Positions 6,895 to 18,000 of a stretch of 30,604 nt of DNA are shown here, one piece after another. Within the stretch, counting starts at the first letter, position 1. The number at the start of each line of letters is the position of its first letter. The notes under the pieces are model-generated. The model was not told the origin of the DNA. It was given only the letters and a program-made list of their open reading frames with translations, and made no database searches. The stretch comes from a virus. Lineage: Duplodnaviria; Caudoviricetes. The DNA is taken from the IMG/VR virus record IMGVR_UViG_3300035135_002382, positions 1 to 30,604 of that record; one strand, 5' to 3'. The translations under genes were made by a program, and so were the position numbers.

Positions 6895-7317
6895 CGCTCT
6901 GTGTAGGATATTTGCATCAAAATATACCAATCTATTGGGTAGTGGTAAAATTCCACGAATTTCATTATCAATCAGGAACTGTGTTTCACCTCCCATTTCT
7001 ATGTCCCACTCATCATTTACATAGTATAACATTGTGATTCCGTGATCACCATCAATATGAAAGTTTGGATTTTCTCCTGATGCAAAACAATTTACATACA
7101 TTCTATCCAAATAAAGATCTTTTACCAAATCTTTAGTTTTTAGAAAGAACTTATTGTATATCCAACTTGTTTCATCTATTTCATGAACCATACCAGTTGG
7201 TATATCACCAGGAGCATCAAATTCACCATAGTTATAGGATGCTGAGTGACAATAATCTAGTATTAGATAACAATCATCTATATCTAAAAAATTATCTAAG
7301 ATCTTCAAATTCATCAA
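6841..7317 (-). CDS. 2OG-Fe(II) oxygenase (prolyl 4-hydroxylase-like)
   Basis: HxD (FHID), W...GGET, distal His (ILHRA) and R-x-T (HRFTIA). Confidence 0.9.
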   Translation of the reverse strand: MMNLKILDNFLDIDDCYLILDYCHSASYNYGEFDAPGDIPTGMVHEIDETSWIYNKFFLKTKDLVKDLYLDRMYVNCFASGENPNFHIDGDHGITMLYYVNDEWDIEMGGETQFLIDNEIRGILPLPNRLVYFDANILHRATSYRSGHRFTIAIKYGI

Positions 7318-7921
7318 TACTTATATTAAATGAAATAGTAATTCTTGGTTTGTCTGACACTTTTTGAGGCAAAACTCGATGCTGAAGATAAGTTGGAAAT
7401 ACCAAGAAAGTGCCTTCTGATACTTTAGGAGCGAACCAGTTTCCCACTTCACCCATTTTGAACTCAAAACTTCTACTACAACTATGTTTTCTTAATAGTG
7501 AAATAGGATCATGAAATTCTACGGGTGTATGAACTTCATCATCATAAGATAAAAAGTAAATGCAAGAATATTGTGCTCTAGTTTCTATTTCTGAAAGATG
7601 ATCATGAAGCTCTTGATAAGATCCTTTTTCATAATAGTTAAACCAGATATCACCATGAAGATCAAATAAGACTCCTTGAAACATTTCTTTTAGAAACTTT
7701 CTAAAAATTGCATAGAAAAATTCACCATGCTTATCTATAATTGATCCACCACCAGGAAAAGAGGTCTTTAGATTATCAGTTGCCCAATCCTCTGGAACTG
7801 AACATCTAGATGACTCTTCAATAATGTCTTCTAGAATAAAATTTCTAATATATTCTTTCTCACCATCATCTGTATGTTGATAACGATATATTGATACTGG
7901 GAATAGATCTAAAGCTTCCAT
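7292..7921 (-). CDS. 2OG-Fe(II) oxygenase, TIGR02466-like family
   Basis: LFPVSIY N-terminus, WFNYY..GSYQELHDH, FHDP, EGTFLVFPTYLQHRV, RITISFNI. Confidence 0.9.
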   Translation of the reverse strand: MEALDLFPVSIYRYQHTDDGEKEYIRNFILEDIIEESSRCSVPEDWATDNLKTSFPGGGSIIDKHGEFFYAIFRKFLKEMFQGVLFDLHGDIWFNYYEKGSYQELHDHLSEIETRAQYSCIYFLSYDDEVHTPVEFHDPISLLRKHSCSRSFEFKMGEVGNWFAPKVSEGTFLVFPTYLQHRVLPQKVSDKPRITISFNISIDEFEDLR

Positions 7922-7942
7922 CTCTTCAAAGGCAACAAAGCA

Positions 7943-7971
7943 ATTCTACTTGTAATTCATTAAGTTGTCAA
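7943..7971 (-). promoter_or_regulatory. sigma70-type promoter
   Basis: TTGACA-17 nt-TAGAAT, 21 nt upstream of ATG at 7921. Confidence 0.75.
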
Positions 7972-8615
7972 GTATCTCTTGGTTTGGAACCAAAAAATGA
8001 AGTAATAGCATATCTACCATATCCTTCAAAGTATTCTGAATCACTTATGGTTACTTCTCTCACACCATGTTCTACCCATCCAGGAAAAATAATCATAGAA
8101 TTATTATCACAAGAATATTCATAATCATATTTTGGAAAGAATAACTCTCCACCACTAAATTTTTTTGGTTCCTTATAAAAATATGAAAATGCTAAAAATT
8201 GAAAAGCTTTATCTGTATGTGGTTTATATTCCTCACCATTGTGATAATATCTAATTTTTGTAATATCTTCATTTGATTGATTAGCGATACTACAGCAATC
8301 GTGTATTTCTGAAAATACATCTAGGATAGCTTCTTCGTTGAATAATTTACGATTAACTGTTAAAATGTTAGAGATATTTCTGTAGTTTTTACCAGAATCT
8401 TTGTAATTTTTGTAAAGATTATCTAAAACAAGTCCTTTGGACTCTGTAAAGTCAACAACTCCGCCATATTTTTCTGCTGGTAATAATTTATTTGGTTTTG
8501 TATAAAAATTTAACTCTTCCCATATCAATTCTAGTTCTTCCTCATTATAAAAATTTTCTATGATCAAATGTGGAAAAGGGACTTCACACACTGTTGCCGA
8601 CAATTCTTCTTCCAT
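7968..8615 (-). CDS. 2OG-Fe(II) oxygenase (prolyl 4-hydroxylase-like)
   Basis: YKPHTD, FSGGEL, IIFPGWVEHGV, GRYAIT. Confidence 0.9.
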   Translation of the reverse strand: MEEELSATVCEVPFPHLIIENFYNEEELELIWEELNFYTKPNKLLPAEKYGGVVDFTESKGLVLDNLYKNYKDSGKNYRNISNILTVNRKLFNEEAILDVFSEIHDCCSIANQSNEDITKIRYYHNGEEYKPHTDKAFQFLAFSYFYKEPKKFSGGELFFPKYDYEYSCDNNSMIIFPGWVEHGVREVTISDSEYFEGYGRYAITSFFGSKPRDT

Positions 8616-8641
8616 GATATAAAAAAGTCAATGGTTTCTAC

Positions 8642-8648
8642 TATTTAA
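8642..8648 (-). promoter_or_regulatory. T4-like late promoter variant (TTAAATA)
   Basis: Lies in the 39-nt gap upstream of the 8615 start. Confidence 0.5.
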
Positions 8649-8654
8649 CCAACT

Positions 8655-9773
8655 TTATATGACTCCGTGTTGACCGATATCTCCTTTTATACTAAGCGTT
8701 TGTCCAAGGAGAATAGGTGTAGAAATTGAACTATTTGCTCTCGTAATTGCATATCCACCTTTTCCACCTTTTCCACCATCTGATTCGCCTGCACCACCAT
8801 GACCCTCATCATCTCCATCTCCACCATTTCCGCCGGAACCAAATCCACCATCTGCGCCATCATCCTTTGAAAACCCACCTTCTCCACCTTGACCAGGACC
8901 ATTACTAGTACCAGCTGCACCACCAGCGAAAGATCCGCCGCCTCCGCCGCCACCACCGTGGGCTTCATCATCATTTTCACCACCCTTTCCACCGTTTCCA
9001 CCAGAATTTAATGATCCATCATTTCCTTTCCCTCCTTCGGATTGTGACTTCTTTTTTCTTTTACCACCCCTCTCTCCAGCAGGTAGACCAGCACCACCAC
9101 CACCGCCGCCGCCTCCAGCTCTTCTTACTTTAGTAGTATCTTCTCTAGCTCCACCGCCGCCAGCACCACCGCCGCCACCTGCTTGAATACGACCACCACT
9201 ATCAATGAATATGGATTCTACATTCACTTCTAAACCTAATGCGCTAGTTCCATTCTCACCATTGTCACCATTTGTTTCCTCAGTACCACCTTGTCCACCA
9301 TCTCCACCAGCACCATATAATCCTCCACTACTACCAATTCTAATAAAAATTTTTCCGCCGTTGGGATTTCCACCAAACCATCTATTTTTATCTTGTGTTC
9401 TCAAAGCACATTTTTCTCTAGAACCCTGTGCAGATCCTATTGTTCTATTGACATAAACAATATTTTTAGATGTTCTCCTTATACTACTATTCGTACCTCT
9501 ATATCCTGTACTATCAATACTGCTTTTATCACTAAGTATCTTGTCTCTAGCGGTTTGACCTCCATTTAACACAATAATTATATTGTGTTGCTTTCCAAGA
9601 AAACTACTAAAACTAATTGTCCCTGAAGTGGGAATACCATCATCAAGTGGCCAAGTCTGCCCACCTTTTGATATACTTCTTCTATAATCACCTATAGATC
9701 TGTTTGGAGACCTTCCAAATTCAGATTCAATCTCGCTAAATGTTAGATTGTTTTGTGATGTTTTAATTGTCAT
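8655..9773 (-). CDS. glycine-rich tail-fibre tip adhesin (T2/T6 gp38-like)
   Basis: Motifs GLYGAGGDGG, GTSAL and RIQAGGGGGAGGG with many polyglycine runs; directly downstream of fibre genes. Confidence 0.65.
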   Translation of the reverse strand: MTIKTSQNNLTFSEIESEFGRSPNRSIGDYRRSISKGGQTWPLDDGIPTSGTISFSSFLGKQHNIIIVLNGGQTARDKILSDKSSIDSTGYRGTNSSIRRTSKNIVYVNRTIGSAQGSREKCALRTQDKNRWFGGNPNGGKIFIRIGSSGGLYGAGGDGGQGGTEETNGDNGENGTSALGLEVNVESIFIDSGGRIQAGGGGGAGGGGAREDTTKVRRAGGGGGGGGAGLPAGERGGKRKKKSQSEGGKGNDGSLNSGGNGGKGGENDDEAHGGGGGGGGSFAGGAAGTSNGPGQGGEGGFSKDDGADGGFGSGGNGGDGDDEGHGGAGESDGGKGGKGGYAITRANSSISTPILLGQTLSIKGDIGQHGVI

Positions 9774-9777
9774 ATGA

Positions 9778-12012
9778 TTATGCGCTAGTAATGGTTTCCC
9801 ATGCAGAACCTGTATAAACTTGTAATTTATTCAAGTCCGTATTGTAAATTGTTGCACCAGTTACTGTTTCACCAATACCATTTCTAGTTGTGTTAGATAT
9901 TTTTGGTGGTAAAAAGTATGGTTGTGTTGTTCCAATACCCACAGTACCGGCATCTGCAAAATCTACTGCACATTTAGGGACAGTGGTTCCAACACCAACA
10001 CCACCTAAAATAGCAAATTTTCCTGGGGCAGTTATTCCTATATCATCTCCAAATTCAAATGTTGTTGCTATTCCTATCGCTCCACTATCATTTACATAGA
10101 ATCTATGTTGCTCACTATTTGCACTAATAATATGTGATAATGAAGATCGTGAAGCTAAACCTCCACCAACAACGATGTTATCTGCTTTTATTGTAGATCC
10201 TGTAGAAACTTCATTGAATGTAGAAATTCCACTATTAATATTTACATTTCCTGTAAATAATTTTTCTGATACGTCAACAATAACATCGTCTGATAAATCT
10301 AGAAGATTACCCCTAACTGGTGAAGTTATAGCACTATTAACAGTAATAATATCATCAAAAGTTACTGGACCAGAGAAGAATGCTGTGCCCTGAACATTTA
10401 ACTTTTCTGTTGGATTTGTTATACCAATACCTAAATTACCCTCGTATGTGAGGGACATCATTACGTCATTCTTGCCATGCCAGTAGAAAGATCCAGTATT
10501 TAATCCAACCGTTCCTCTTTGTAAATATGTGTTTATATTTCCACTGCCATAGTTAATAAAATCAAGAGAATCGTGTGTACTATAAGTAAAACCTAAATTC
10601 CGGTTTCCATATCTAATTTGAGCATTATTTCCCGTAATTGCTACAGATGATCCAATAGTAATAATTGATTCTTCTTTATCCGAAAGTAATCTAAGACTTG
10701 CAGCAGGACTATCAGTGGTATTGATACCAGCGAATCTGTCTATTAAAATATCAGCACTAATACCTGAAGTCGTTACTCCAACAGTTATATTTCCGTTTAA
10801 TGGATTGGTTCCAACACCAAGTATGGATTTTACGCTAGATATTCCAACAGTAATTTTATCTATTGTTATATTAGCATTTGAAGGTAAGTCAGTTGCTGTA
10901 GTAGCTGTGCCGATTACATCTCCTTCAAATCTAGTTCCAGTTATGATTCCAGAGATGATATTAGATACTTCTATATCTGGGGTTCCACTTAAAGTAAGAG
11001 CAGTTGAAGCAGTTCCAACTACATCACCGTCTAATGAAGTTGCTGTAATAATTCCAGTAATTACTATCTCATCACCTGTTAAATTACCATTAAAACTAGA
11101 GGCAGTTGCAACACCAGTAGTATTAAGTTGACCATTGAAAGTCGTAGCAGTTGCTATACCAGTTAAATTAAGTTGTTGACCATCAAAAGTATTAGCAGTT
11201 ACAATACCAGAAACTACTATCTCATCGCCTTCTAAATTACCAATAAAACTAGAGGCAGTTGCTAAACCAGTTACATTAAGTTGTTGACCTTTAAAAGTAT
11301 TGGCAGTTGCTAAACCAGTTACATTAAGTTGTTGACCTTTAAAAGTATTGGCAGTTATAATACCTGTTATTTGTATATCTTCTGGCAGTCGATCATTATC
11401 AATAGTTCCAGATACTAATTCATCAGCGTTAAGTAAAGTTAGTAATGAACCTATGCCAACAAAACTTGAAGCAGTTACGATCCCCGTTGCTATTACATTC
11501 CCTTCGGAACTAATCCCAACACCAGGGGCAAATCCAGCAACAGACGTGTCGGTATTTCCACCAATCTGAAGCATGAATCTTGGGTCATCAGTCCCTACAC
11601 CAACATTTCCAGCATTATAGACGCTAATGAATCCCAATCCAGCATCAACATCCAACCATTGTGAAGTTGGCATACCTTGAAGGTATCTGGCATCACCATA
11701 GTAAGTAACAATTCCGGTTGGATCTAGAGCAGTTACAATACCGCTACCAATACTTACACCACTACCAACGATAATACTATCAGACTCTAATTTTATTTCA
11801 TTAAAAGTTGCTATTCCAGAGACAACTAAAGCTTGTCCTCTTAACTCAGTTGCGGTAGCAAATCCAGAGATTTTTGCATCGCCACGAACATCTAATAATT
11901 CAGTTGGAACCGTAGTGCCGATTCCAACCAAACCAGTAGGACTTACTACTAAATTATCATCATCAACTTGAACACCATTACGAAAATTAAACTGCTTGTT
12001 ATAATTCGCCAT
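9778..12012 (-). CDS. tail fibre/virion structural protein (744 aa)
   Basis: Repeated (V/L)GIGT and GI(V/I)TA(T/N/S)(S/T)F beta-strand repeats; C-terminal GATIYNTDLNKLQVYTGSAW typical of fibre proteins. Confidence 0.8.
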   Translation of the reverse strand: MANYNKQFNFRNGVQVDDDNLVVSPTGLVGIGTTVPTELLDVRGDAKISGFATATELRGQALVVSGIATFNEIKLESDSIIVGSGVSIGSGIVTALDPTGIVTYYGDARYLQGMPTSQWLDVDAGLGFISVYNAGNVGVGTDDPRFMLQIGGNTDTSVAGFAPGVGISSEGNVIATGIVTASSFVGIGSLLTLLNADELVSGTIDNDRLPEDIQITGIITANTFKGQQLNVTGLATANTFKGQQLNVTGLATASSFIGNLEGDEIVVSGIVTANTFDGQQLNLTGIATATTFNGQLNTTGVATASSFNGNLTGDEIVITGIITATSLDGDVVGTASTALTLSGTPDIEVSNIISGIITGTRFEGDVIGTATTATDLPSNANITIDKITVGISSVKSILGVGTNPLNGNITVGVTTSGISADILIDRFAGINTTDSPAASLRLLSDKEESIITIGSSVAITGNNAQIRYGNRNLGFTYSTHDSLDFINYGSGNINTYLQRGTVGLNTGSFYWHGKNDVMMSLTYEGNLGIGITNPTEKLNVQGTAFFSGPVTFDDIITVNSAITSPVRGNLLDLSDDVIVDVSEKLFTGNVNINSGISTFNEVSTGSTIKADNIVVGGGLASRSSLSHIISANSEQHRFYVNDSGAIGIATTFEFGDDIGITAPGKFAILGGVGVGTTVPKCAVDFADAGTVGIGTTQPYFLPPKISNTTRNGIGETVTGATIYNTDLNKLQVYTGSAWETITSA
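11254..11356. repeat. exact 48-bp tandem duplication (about 2.1 copies) in the fibre gene
   Basis: ggcagttgctaaaccagttacattaagttgttgacctttaaaagtatt occurs twice in tandem and encodes ANTFKGQQLNVTGLAT. Confidence 0.95.
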
Positions 12013-12026
12013 CTCAGGATGCTTTT

Positions 12027-15000
12027 CTAGTTATTTAGTTTATCTTCAAGAGAAGAAACCTTATCATTCAATTCTTTAATCGCTTCAATTAAAAGTGGAA
12101 CAAGTTTTTCATAACGAACTGCCTTATATCCATCATCTCTAGTTGTGACAATTCCAGGCAATCCAAGTGATTCAACCTCTTGAGCGATAACACCTGTTTC
12201 GGTGCCATCATTATCAGTTTTTTCATTCCAATCAAAAGTATATCCTCCCAGTGACACAACTTTTGCTAAAGGATCTTCAATCTTAGAGATATTATCCTTC
12301 AATCTTTCATCGGAACTATAGAAAGCAGTAATGTCATTAGTAGCAAAGACTCTTTGGCACTTGAGGTGTCCGGTAATTTCAATCGATCCAGGTGTATTAT
12401 TGACCTCACAATTCAATTTGACAGGTGGTGCGCTTTGATTTCCTAAAGTAATTGTAGTACCATTAAATCGGGCATTGGTATGCATTTCAAGATTTTTAGA
12501 GGCACCAGCTCCATCGACCACCACCAAATAACCCTCACCACCGCCATTGCTAGGACCAAAAACTTTTACTTGATTTGCGGCATTTGCGATATCTGCCGTA
12601 CCTTGAAATGTAGTTGCTTTGACTTTATTACTAGTAATTTGAACTGTATTACCAGCAAAGTTGGCAGCACTAGCTACAGTTAAATCACCTTTTACCTGGG
12701 TATTACTGCTATTACTACCAATAGATAAATTTCCAGATTTTGGTTCAATTGTTCTACCGTCAATTCTAACAAAAGCAGTCTCTAAATCACCTCCAATATC
12801 TAAATTACCACCAAAGGTGGCATCACTACTTGCACTTAATGTTCCAGTGATGGAAGTATTACCATTCAGGTTAGTTGTTCCTGTTACAATTAATTCATCA
12901 CTAGGCACCTTTAATATTTCAACACGACCGTTCTTAGCGTCTAATTTTAATTCACCACTTCTAGTTGTAATATGTTGATTTCCATTATCACCAGGATTAG
13001 CGGAATCATAATGACCGATTTGAATCCTACCAATGTGTGCTTCGGCAAACGCTTTGGATGGAGTTCCAATAGATACACCATGACCACCGCTATCGGAAGC
13101 ATCGGATAAAGGCTCAAGACCCACTTCAAGATCAGTATCAGAAGGTAATGAACCGAATTCTACAGTTTTGTAGAGGCGACTTTTGCCCCCTGTTACCGTT
13201 AATCCATAACTTCCGCCGTTAATAGTTGCACCACCTTCAACTATTAATGCACCACTGCTTCCACCTGATGCCTGAGTAGTATTATGTATATGAACATAAC
13301 CGTTCAATACATCAAGTGCTTTATCTGTAGTTACTGCAGGCAGCGGTCCCAGGCTCTTACCGATTGTAACTTCTTTACAAACATGTAATTTCTTCTCAAT
13401 AGAAACACCACCTTTAACTCTCAATGCTGCGTTTGGATCAGAGCAATCCCCAGCATCCGCTTCAGAACCAATATCAACCGTTCCGTTAGTTCTAATAGAC
13501 TTAACATTAGTAAGTTTTAAGGTTTGATTGAATCTTACATCACCAGTGAAGGTAACAGGTCCGTCAAACTGTGAAAGTAATTGTTTTGATTTACCACCTT
13601 CAACAAGGATTCTATCCTTAACGATGATTTCATCAAATACAACACTCAATCTATTTGGATCTTGTCCAGTAATGGTTGGAATTGGTACATCAAAAGTCTT
13701 CTGTTCACCAGACTGTGCAGAATACTTGGTGTTTCCAATATAGAAATCACCATCACTATCCATACCTGTGTAAAGTACGGTTCCACAAGCAGTTTCTTGT
13801 GATTGTGATAAGAATTCTTCATTCTCACTGAGGGTCTTAACCTGAACCTGTGGAAGTCCTGTAGAATAGTTACCAGGACCATAACCAAGATATTCAAACG
13901 TATGACCAGATGCTCTAAGAATAGAAGGTCTACGAAGTTCAATAGGAAGCAACTTAATCTTCTTGATTACAGTTTTAACTGGGTGTCTTTCGACATTAGT
14001 ACCCATCACACCACGAATAACTTTTAATTTATCATTTGTGATTGTGGAGGATGACACCCTCATTATTTCATTACCAATTTGAATATAACATCCGATAGGG
14101 AATCTAGATGTCATATAGTACGGATTGGTATGAACAAATGGAATTTCAGTTTGTGAAATGTCAATTTCGGTGCTTCCACCTACTTCCATTTGTTCATTAT
14201 CATAGAATGTATGGAGTCTAGTTCCTATATTTTCCCCTCTACTATCAGCACTAGCATTATTATGAGATAATCCATGCTTTAAAATCCTACTAGCCTCGTG
14301 TAAATCAACAGTAGTATTAACAACAATGTCCCAACGAGTAGAATTTGTAGAATTTTTTGCTACAGATTCTACAAGATAATCACCTAAATTTTCTTCATTA
14401 CTTTTGAGAATTCTAATAGTATTTCCTTTAATCAAATCGTTTGGAGAACTAGTTGTGATAGTAACAAGTCCTCTATCAGAAGAAAGGGGAGCATCATGAA
14501 CCTCAACGACTCTGCCAAGAACATTTACATATTCTCCAGGAACAATTTCTGGATCACTGCTATGAGTTTCGATTACGATTTGTTTCTTATTACCAAGTAA
14601 ATCTCTATCATTATCAATTCTATAATAACCACCGGTAGCAGTGCCAATACCTGTTATTTGAACATAATCCTTATTGCCCATACTAATATTGGATTCGCCA
14701 ATATCGATATGAGCAGAATTGGATGATGTTGTTCCACCAATTACTGTAGTATCGAAGTAAAGTGTTTCATTTGGAACATAACCAGAACCATGTTCAACAA
14801 TTTTATATTCAGATACCCTGCCCAAATTATCAACAGTTACATCTGCTCTAGCACCATCCCACACTGCCACAGATGGGTCAGAAAAATCATTGAAAAGTTT
14901 TACATTATAATATGTACCCTCAACATGACCACTTCCAGTGGCAGATGATGAACCATGAATACCTGCTAAACCATGCTCGTATTTAAGAGTTAATGTTTTT

Positions 15001-18000
15001 GTATTATTTCCATTATCAGTTACTGCGATGATTTCATTACCGAGAGAATATGTATTGAAGAAAGTATCGACAGTTTCTTTAGTCAGACTTCTCTTCAAAT
15101 CATTAGTAGAAACTTCACCCAATGGAGATCTCTTCGCAAATGATGCAGCTGCTGGAGGATCATCACTATCATTATCTCTATCTAATTGTGGATAAAGGTC
15201 GGCAATATTTTGACTATACTTGAATGTGCTAAATTCTCCATCAGGTTGTACTATTCCATTATTAGCATTAAGAACATAAAGATAGTAAACACCATCTTGA
15301 ACATCTTTAATGAATGGAGAAACGACTTCTACACGATAAATGTAGTGATTTTCCTTGGTGTCATTTCTAGAAAATCTTGGTAGATTCTTATCTCTTACTT
15401 GTGTATTAAAGAGTGGGGTTCCTGGTACATGAGTGACACCAAAAATATCAACATCAGCTACAGTAAATGTATGCTCATCGACAACCGATGAAACTTCAAA
15501 AGTTCCATTGAATCCAAAATTGTCTCTACTTAAAGTATTAGTTGAACTGGGAATATTGTCTAAAACGACAATATTTCCTTGTCTCAATCCATGAGATTTA
15601 TCTGCTTCAATTGTGATTGTATTAGTGGGATTGCTATAAGTACAACTACTAATAAATCTTGGATTACGATTAAAATCATAATCATTACCAGTCAATGTTG
15701 TAATGTTAAAATCACTAGCATCTCTAACATTAACAGTTCCAGAGTCTTGAAGAGCAAATCCTGTGACTGGATCTCTAGCATTATTCAGTTCTTTTGGAAC
15801 TACATAACGGAACTTATAAATTTTTTCATCAATACTTCTTCCATCCTCAATTCTTTTGATGGTGGTGATTTCACTCTCTTCAACAGTTGTTGGAATAGTA
15901 TCAAGATGTGGTTTTATGGTATTACCAGTAGAATCAACATAAATGAACCAGTTGCCTGTTCCTCCATCTGAACGTACAACATTATAATCAAATTGTATAG
16001 GATGTCCTATTTCACCAGCAGTTTTATCAGAAACTCTACTTTCAATTCTTAATTGAACACCACCATAACTTTTAATACTAATTGGATCTGCTAAGTTGGC
16101 ATTGGTGTTTGAAGATGCTATACGAATTTCATCATTGTTTAACGGAATCAGATTTGAAGCATCATTTTTTGTAATTGCATAGTAAACTTTATTTCCTTCC
16201 AAACCCTCAGGTAAATCACCAGTTTCACTAAAGATTCTGATTGATTCACCATTTCTAAGTTTGTGAGCACCATTTGTTTTATATACTGTTTGTCCATTTT
16301 TTTGAATTAATTGAACATCAGCATATAATTTAACGGAAGTATCTGAACCAGTGACACTATTACTAGTGGTGCTAGTAGGAATTTCTTCCGTCATCAAGAC
16401 CCTAGCTTCTTTATCGGCAACATTGGGTGCCCTCAAGAAGATCTTATCATTTACTTTCGCACCAATTCTATAACCCTGTGCAATGATTGGTGGTTTTTCT
16501 AATGCATTTGTATATCCTTTCAAATATAATCTGGTTGTCGTATTGCCACCAGTTACATGTGGATCAAACTGTAACCAATCAATATCAACTTCACTTGCAC
16601 CAATTGACCTTGGAGTAACAACACCTGTTAAATATCCTTTATCATCTTTATCAAATGCTTCTCTCTTAAATCCATCTGCTGCTAACGAGAATTGACCAAA
16701 GTTAGAGTTGGAGTTTGTAATAGAAGCATCACCACCACTCTCACATTCAAAGTGCTTATGGAAACCGATAGCAAAGACAGAAACAATCTGAATGACTGCA
16801 TCATTAGACATCTTGATGTGAGTGGTAGCCCACTCATCTCTATAAACTGCATCAGAGTCTAAATGGAATACTGTAGCATCACTAGTTGAAGATGATTCTT
16901 GCGACAGTGATTCTCCGGTCTTTCTCTTATATCCAATTCCATTCCATCTTCTGTTAGATGGATCATATTTTACAAATGCACGGTCATCTTTCTGAAGAGA
17001 TACAGCGGTAAACTGTGCAACGACCATTGAACGGAAACCATCTGCTTTGCTACCATCAGCGTGCATACCTTGCATTCCGTAGACAGAACGAAGGGAGCAG
17101 TTAAAGATGTATGGAGAAGCGCCTGATACTGTATCTGTTTCAATAACAACAGCAGCGTTACTTCCTGGAGAAAGTCCAGCAGGAGATCCGGCAGGTAGAT
17201 TTGCTCTCACCGAGGGTAAAGAATATGTGAATTTTCTCTCATTAAGAACAGAAACTACTTTTGTTGAGATATTATAATCTGGTACATTAATACCCTTAAT
17301 TTTGACTGGTGTACCAGCATTTAGATTATGTTCAGACTGAGTTGTTACGGTAACAACATTAGATGGAGTGGAACCATCACCAGAAATGATATTTGAAATA
17401 GTAATAGGGTCAGACGCAAATGCACCAACTATTTCCCACTCTGGGCGTTGCTTTGCAAATGAATTTGGTTGTGCTGGATACTTCTGATCAATCTCTCTTC
17501 CGGATGCTCTATTAAACGCATTACCAACCTTGCTATAATACATATCAAGATCGGTGAGTTGATATCCACCAGGGATATTCACACCGTCAGCATATTCAAA
17601 ACAAGTAATTTTATGGTGAGAGAAAGTTGGTTTGGATCTATTGTTTATCGAAAAATCTGATGGGTCAGTATAGACCAGTCCTGTCTCATCACCATCAAAG
17701 AATGTGAATTGCCAAAAATAACAAGCACCAGTGATTCTAAAAATTGCAGAACTTGGAACGTTAGAATCCGTTGGATTGGGAACATATTTTGGTCTGACTT
17801 TGGTTTTTCTTAAATCTAGACCGACAATAGAAGTACCACGAGGAATAATTATACCACCGTTAATACTATTGAACTTATAAAGTATATTATTTTCTTGTGT
17901 TAAATCAAAATTAGAATTAAGAGTTAAAGTTAACTCATTTTGTGCAGCAAATTCTGCACCATTAGGAGCAACTGCAATAGCATTATTAGCAACGTCTTTT

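Noticed and set aside
8687-9001. Alternative-frame 104-aa ORF and similar short ORFs nested in structural genes
   Set aside because: These are by-products of glycine-codon repeats and codon bias, giving V/M/E-rich translations with no independent support.
11254-11356. CRISPR-like or DGR repeat
   Set aside because: The repeats are contiguous and in-frame with no spacers or adenine-specific mismatches, and no cas or reverse transcriptase gene is in the window.
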